NCBI GenBank assembly: GCA_963846165.1
Contig: CAWJUU010000004.1
Coordinates: 8,143-72,142, forward strand
Source of the DNA: an uncultured Solirubrobacterales bacterium
GTDB taxonomy: Bacteria > Actinomycetota > Thermoleophilia > Solirubrobacterales > 70-9
Length of the DNA stretch: 64,000 bases
Direction of reading: 5' to 3'
The position numbers and the translations under genes are program-made. Under the pieces are notes generated by a model. The model did not search any database. It was not told the origin of the DNA and was given only the letters and a program-made list of their open reading frames with translations. Positions 59,544-64,000 of this stretch are shown piece after piece; position 1 is the stretch's first letter, and every line of letters starts with the position of its first letter.

Positions 59544-60266
59544 ATGGCGGTTGAGCAGACGCTGGCGCAGTTCAAGGAGACCGAGGGTGGGGATGCCTTT
59601 CGCCTCCAGAACTCGAAGCTGCTCAAGGTCGAGCTCGCCGGGGAGGAGATCCAGACGAAGCTCGGCTCGATGGTCGCCTACCAGGGTGACGTCCGCTTCG
59701 AGCACGCCGGCTCGGGCGGGCTCTCGAAGATGATCAAGAAGGCGGTGACCAGCGAGGGCACCGACCTGATGAAGGTCACGGGGACCGGCGAGGTCTTCCT
59801 CGCCCACCTCGCCCAGGAGGTCCAGCTGCTCCAGCTCAACGACGAGAGCATCACCGCCAACGGCCCGCATGTGCTCGCGTTCGAGACCGGGATCGACTGG
59901 GACATCAAGCGCGTCGAGGGCGCGTCGGGCGCGCTCTCCGGCGGGCTCTACAACATGGAGCTCGCGGGGACGGGCATGGTCGCCCTCGTCTCCGACGGGA
60001 CGCCGTTATTGATCGAGATCGACGGCGAGGACACCTTCGCCGACCCGCAGGCCGCGATCACCTGGTCACAGGGTGTCTCGAGCACGGTCAAGACCGACAC
60101 CAACCTGAAGACCTTCATCGGCAGGGGCTCGGGCGAGACGTTCCAGCTCTCGTTCTCGGGCAAGGGCTGGCTGCTGATCCAGCCGTCGGAGGGCCAGGTC
60201 GCCGCGGCGGCGGGCGCCGGCGGAGGGGCGGCCGGCGCGCTCGGCAACCTGCTCGGCGGCCGCTAG
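59544..60266 (+). CDS. AIM24 (DUF124) family protein
   Basis: GSMVAYQGDVRFEH...GTGEVFLA...GGLYNMELAGTGMVAL...FSGKGWLLIQPSEG. Confidence 0.8.
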   Translation: MAVEQTLAQFKETEGGDAFRLQNSKLLKVELAGEEIQTKLGSMVAYQGDVRFEHAGSGGLSKMIKKAVTSEGTDLMKVTGTGEVFLAHLAQEVQLLQLNDESITANGPHVLAFETGIDWDIKRVEGASGALSGGLYNMELAGTGMVALVSDGTPLLIEIDGEDTFADPQAAITWSQGVSSTVKTDTNLKTFIGRGSGETFQLSFSGKGWLLIQPSEGQVAAAAGAGGGAAGALGNLLGGR

Positions 60267-60310
60267 ACAAGCCGGCATCCGGCCCCGCTACCGCTACGCT
60301 GGCGCCCCCG

Positions 60311-61033
60311 ATGCCGCCGATTCGTCGCCCATTCCCGCGCTTCATCGCCGACGCCTCGCAGGAGGGCCGGCCCTACGGGCGCTGGGAGGAGCGGCTGCGC
60401 GAGTCGTTCGCCGGCGCCTGCGAGCCGCTTGCCGGCGAGGCGGGATCGGCGCTCGACCCGATGACCGTGAAGTGGTTCCCCGATCGCACCTGGGCCCAGC
60501 GCGTGTACGTGCCGGCGAGCGGCCGCGCGGCGGAGCCGACCACCGGCGAGGACGGCGAGCCGGTGCTGGCCGAGTTCTTCGGCTGGGTCTCGTTCGCGCC
60601 GGGCGAGGACTCGGAAGGGCCGCAGGACGTTCGCGCGAAGGCCGAGTTCACCGACGTCACCGCCGAGGAGAACCCCGATTGGCAGATCGACCTCAATGAC
60701 GATGTGATCGGCAGCTGGAACACCGACGGCGGTCGTGGCGGCGACGTGACGCTGATCTGGGGGCTGCCGCTGGTCCGCGGTGCGGTCGCGGTCACCGCCG
60801 AGCTCGACGGCGAGCCGATCGACCAGGCCCCGGTCGCCGACGGGCGATTCACGCTCGTCGCCGTGGACGCGGTCCATGGCTTCGGCGACGACCTCTTCCT
60901 CGACGTCAAGCTCTGGAATCGTGGCGTCAAGGAGATCGCGTCGGAGAGCCTGTACGCCGAGGGCGGGGACGAGGACGACGACGAGGCTGAGGTCGACGAC
61001 GCGCCCGACCCCAAAGCTGAAGAGAAGACGTAG
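60311..61033 (+). CDS. hypothetical protein with an acidic C-terminal tail
   Basis: Intact 240-aa ORF with coding-like composition, ending GGDEDDDEAEVDDAPDPKAEEKT. No domain recognised. Confidence 0.45.
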   Translation: MPPIRRPFPRFIADASQEGRPYGRWEERLRESFAGACEPLAGEAGSALDPMTVKWFPDRTWAQRVYVPASGRAAEPTTGEDGEPVLAEFFGWVSFAPGEDSEGPQDVRAKAEFTDVTAEENPDWQIDLNDDVIGSWNTDGGRGGDVTLIWGLPLVRGAVAVTAELDGEPIDQAPVADGRFTLVAVDAVHGFGDDLFLDVKLWNRGVKEIASESLYAEGGDEDDDEAEVDDAPDPKAEEKT

Positions 61034-61045
61034 CCGGAGCCGACG

Positions 61046-62215
61046 ATGAGCCGCTGGCTCGCCGCCGCCTTCGCCGTCGTCTGCATCGTCGGCGCCGCGG
61101 TCGCTGTCTGGCTCGTTGTCATCGACGGCTCGGACGAGCCGGGGCCGGGTTCGGCCCGCGGCACGAACGGATCCGAGGCCGAGGCCGAGGCCGGCGCCGA
61201 GCCGGCCCGGTTCACCGTCTCGGTCAGCGGCGACCTGCTCATGCACCAGCCGCTGCTCGACCGCGCGCTCGCCAACGGTGGTGGGAGCGAGTACGACTTC
61301 GCGCCCTTCTTCAGCGCGATCGGCCCCTACGTCCGCGACGTCGACCTCGGGCTCTGCCACATCGAGACCCCGATGGGCCCCGGCCCGCCCGCCTCCTACC
61401 CGATTTTCAACACCCCGACCGGGCTCGCGACCTCGCTCCGAAGGAGCGGCTGGGACGCCTGCTCGACCGCGTCGAACCACTCGCTCGACCAGGGGCTCGA
61501 GGGGATCGACGGGACGCTCGTCGCCCTCGACCAGCAGGAGATCGTCCACACCGGGTCGTTTGAGTCCGAGAAGGCGCGTGGGCCGACGCTCATCGACGTG
61601 CACGGGGTCAAGCTCGGCTACCTCTCATACACCGACGCCACCAACGGGATCCCGGCCCCGACCGCGTGGGCGCTCAACGAGTACGCCGCCGCAGACCCGA
61701 AGGCCGGCGCCGAAGCGATCCTCGCCGACGCTCGCGCAACCCGCCGCGCCGGAGCCGAGGCGGTGATCGTCAACCTGCACTGGGGCGATGAGAACTCGAG
61801 CCAGCCGAACGACTCGCAGATCGAGGTCGCCAAGCGGCTCACCGAGTCCCCGCTGATCACCGCCGTCGTCGGCCAGGGACCTCATGTCGTGCAGCCGATC
61901 TGGCGCATGAATGGGAAGTTCGTCGTCTTCAGCGAGGGCAACCTGGTCTCCAACCAGAGTCCCGCCTCGGGCCTGCCCGCGGCGACCCAGGACGGCCTGA
62001 TCGCGCTGCTCGACTTCCGCGCCGACGGCGACCGGGTCGAGGTCAGGCGGATCCGCTACGTGCCGGTCTGGGTCCGCCCCGGCGACTACACGGTGCTTCC
62101 GGCGAAGGCCCCGGCCGACCCTGCGAATGCCTCCGCGCTCGATCAGTCCTACGCCCGCACGGTCGCCGTCGCCGGTGACGGCGAGGGAATCGAGCCGGCG
62201 TTCGGCGGCCCGTAG
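61046..62215 (+). CDS. CapA-family (PGA_cap metallophosphatase-like) protein
   Basis: TM anchor; FTVSVSGDLLMHQPL..LGLCHIETP..STASNHSLD..VNLHWGDENS..VVGQGPHVVQP. Confidence 0.8.
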   Translation: MSRWLAAAFAVVCIVGAAVAVWLVVIDGSDEPGPGSARGTNGSEAEAEAGAEPARFTVSVSGDLLMHQPLLDRALANGGGSEYDFAPFFSAIGPYVRDVDLGLCHIETPMGPGPPASYPIFNTPTGLATSLRRSGWDACSTASNHSLDQGLEGIDGTLVALDQQEIVHTGSFESEKARGPTLIDVHGVKLGYLSYTDATNGIPAPTAWALNEYAAADPKAGAEAILADARATRRAGAEAVIVNLHWGDENSSQPNDSQIEVAKRLTESPLITAVVGQGPHVVQPIWRMNGKFVVFSEGNLVSNQSPASGLPAATQDGLIALLDFRADGDRVEVRRIRYVPVWVRPGDYTVLPAKAPADPANASALDQSYARTVAVAGDGEGIEPAFGGP

Positions 62216-62269
62216 CCGGGGCGCGACCGGGGCTATGCTCGCGGGGCGAGCGATTTGACCGAGGTTGCG

Positions 62270-63800
62270 ATGATCGAGCTGGGGCCGGGCGGAGTCACGG
62301 CCGAGGAGGTGGTCTCCGTCGCCCGCCGCGGGGCCGTCGCAGAGCTCTCGGACGAGGGGCGTGCGGCGATGGCGGAGACGGCGGCCGTCGTCGACCGCCT
62401 GGCAGCCGCCGAGGAGCCGGCCTACGGCGTCTCGACCGGCTTCGGCTCGCTCGCACAGACGGCGATCCCCGCCGACCGCCGCGCCGAGCTCCAGCGGGCG
62501 TTGATCCGCTCCCATGCCGCCGGGATGGGCCCCCCGGTGGAGCGCGAGGTGGTTCGGGCGATGCTCTTCCTCCGGGCCCGCTCGCTCGCCCTCGGACGCT
62601 CCGGCGCCCGACCGCTGATCGCCGAGAGCATGCTCGCCATGCTGGCTGCGGAGATCGAGCCGATCGTCCCCGAGCACGGCTCGCTCGGCGCCAGCGGCGA
62701 CCTCGCTCCGCTGGCCCATTGCGGGCTGGCGCTGATCGGCGAGGGCGAGGTCTTCGACGCCGCGGGCAGGCCGCTTGCAGCCGCCGAGGGGCTGCGCGAG
62801 GCGCGGGCTCGAACCGGTCGTGCTCGGCGCCAAGGAGGGATTGGCGCTGATCAACGGCACCGACGGGATCCTCGGCATGCTGGTGCTGGCGCTCGCCGAC
62901 CTGCGGCGGCTGCTCGAGCTCGCCGACGTCGCCGGCGCGATGAGCACCGAGGCCCTGCTGGGAACCGACCGCGCCTTCGCCGCCGACCTGATCGCGCTCC
63001 GCCCGCAGCCCGGGCAGGCGCTCAGCGCCGCCAACCTCCGCCGGCTGCTCGACGGCTCGGCGATCGTCGCCAGTCACCGCGAGGACGACCCGCGGGTCCA
63101 GGACGCCTACTCGATTCGCTGCACGCCTCAGGTTCACGGCGCGGCCCGCGACACCCACCGCCACGCGCAGAGCGTCGCCGACGCCGAGCTCGTCTCCGCG
63201 ATCGACAACCCGATGGTGCTCCCGGACGGGCGGGTGGAGTCGTGCGGGAACTTCCACGGCGCTCCGGTCGCGTTTGCGTGCGACTTCCTCGCCATCGCCG
63301 CGGCCGAGCTGGGCGCGATCAGCGAGCGCCGCACCGACCGCCTGCTCGACGCCGCACGCTCGCACGGGCTGCCGCCCTTCCTGGCGCCCGACGCCGGGGT
63401 CAACTCGGGGCTGATGATCGCCCAGTACACGCAGGCGGCGATGGTGGCCGAGAACCGCCGCCTCGCGGCGCCGGCCGCGGTCGACTCGGTGCCGACCAGC
63501 GCGATGCAGGAGGACCACGTCTCGATGGGCTGGGGGGCTGCGCGCAAGCTGCGCACCGCGGTCGCCAACCTGCGCCGGATCCTCGCGGTCGAGCTCTCCT
63601 GCGCCGCGCGGGGACTCGAGCTGCGGGCCCCGCTCGAGCCCGCCCGCGGCACCGCCGCGGCGCTCGGGGCGCTCCGGCGGGTGGCGCCCGGCGCGGGCCC
63701 GGACCGCTGGCTTTCACCCGAGCTGGCCGCGGTCGAGGAGCTGCTCGCCGGCGAGGCGATGATCACCGCGGTCGAGGCCGAGATCGGGGAGCTCGAGTGA
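62270..63800 (+). pseudogene. hutH: histidine ammonia-lyase, one frameshift near 62803
   Basis: The hand-translated N-terminus (frame 2) starts at ATG 62270 and includes the [17 protein letters not shown] motif. It continues in frame 0 ([20 protein letters not shown]...QEDHVSMG). An extra c sits in gaggcgCgggctc. Confidence 0.85.
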
Positions 63801-64000
63801 GTGGCCCACGCGAGGTGCGGGCGCCTCGCGGTTCGGACCTCACCTGCCGCGGCTGGCCCCAGGAGGCGGCGCTGCGGATGCTGATGAACAACCTCGACCC
63901 CGAGGTCGCCGAGCGCCCCGAGGAGCTCGTCGTCTACGGCGGCACCGGGCGCGCGGCGCGCTCCTGGGATGCCTTCGACGCGATCGTCGCCGAGCTGCGC
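63797..64000 (+). CDS. hutU: urocanate hydratase, 3' partial (runs off the window)
   Basis: GTG 63797 overlaps the hutH stop. [57 protein letters not shown]. Confidence 0.8.
   Translation, partial: MSGPREVRAPRGSDLTCRGWPQEAALRMLMNNLDPEVAERPEELVVYGGTGRAARSWDAFDAIVAELR

Overview
This is a very high-G+C bacterial chromosomal window, roughly 70% by eye. The gene content looks like Actinomycetota: DUF3107, SpoIID/LytB, a hemA-hemC-cobA/hemD fusion and a group II truncated haemoglobin. I can support about 65 protein-coding genes. I recognised no rRNA, tRNA, CRISPR array, transposase or integrase.

Layout:
- 1-15.6 kb: a Wzx/Wzy/Wzz-BY-kinase polysaccharide locus. It has four glycosyltransferases, two CE4 deacetylases, four PAPS-type sulfotransferase genes of three sequence types, and a mosaic of gene fragments at 7.9-8.2 kb.
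- 15.7-23 kb: trHbO, gabD, SpoIID, phoD and a lytic transglycosylase/LAS-peptidase fusion.
- 23-27 kb: ychF plus a PAP2 / cardiolipin synthase / lipid kinase operon.
- 27-32 kb: membrane proteins, a BtrH_N-like protein, a type IB topoisomerase, an ANT-like nucleotidyltransferase and a methyltransferase.
- 32-43 kb: housekeeping genes (mce, a short FtsH, DUF1385, M20 peptidase, rarA, ALDH, SDRs), including a lower-GC islet.
- 44.2-51.8 kb: nine translationally coupled genes, ccmABC(D)-hemA-hemC-cobA/hemD-DUF62-birA.
- 52-64 kb: a helicase, a TlpA-like thioredoxin, a 10-aa-repeat surface protein, NfeD/SPFH, galT, AIM24, CapA, hutH and hutU.

The best candidate for something new is the sulfotransferase-rich polysaccharide locus. 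In it, a CE4 deacetylase reads in frame into a sulfotransferase, an NDST-like arrangement.

Major caveat: I count at least 27 frameshifts in 11 genes, 12 of them in phoD alone, while 32.6-58.4 kb has none. Frameshifted genes are reported as pseudogenes, but sequencing indels are an equally good explanation.

The ORF track omits ORFs that run off the window edge. This affects the hutH N-terminal frame and hutU; I translated both by hand.
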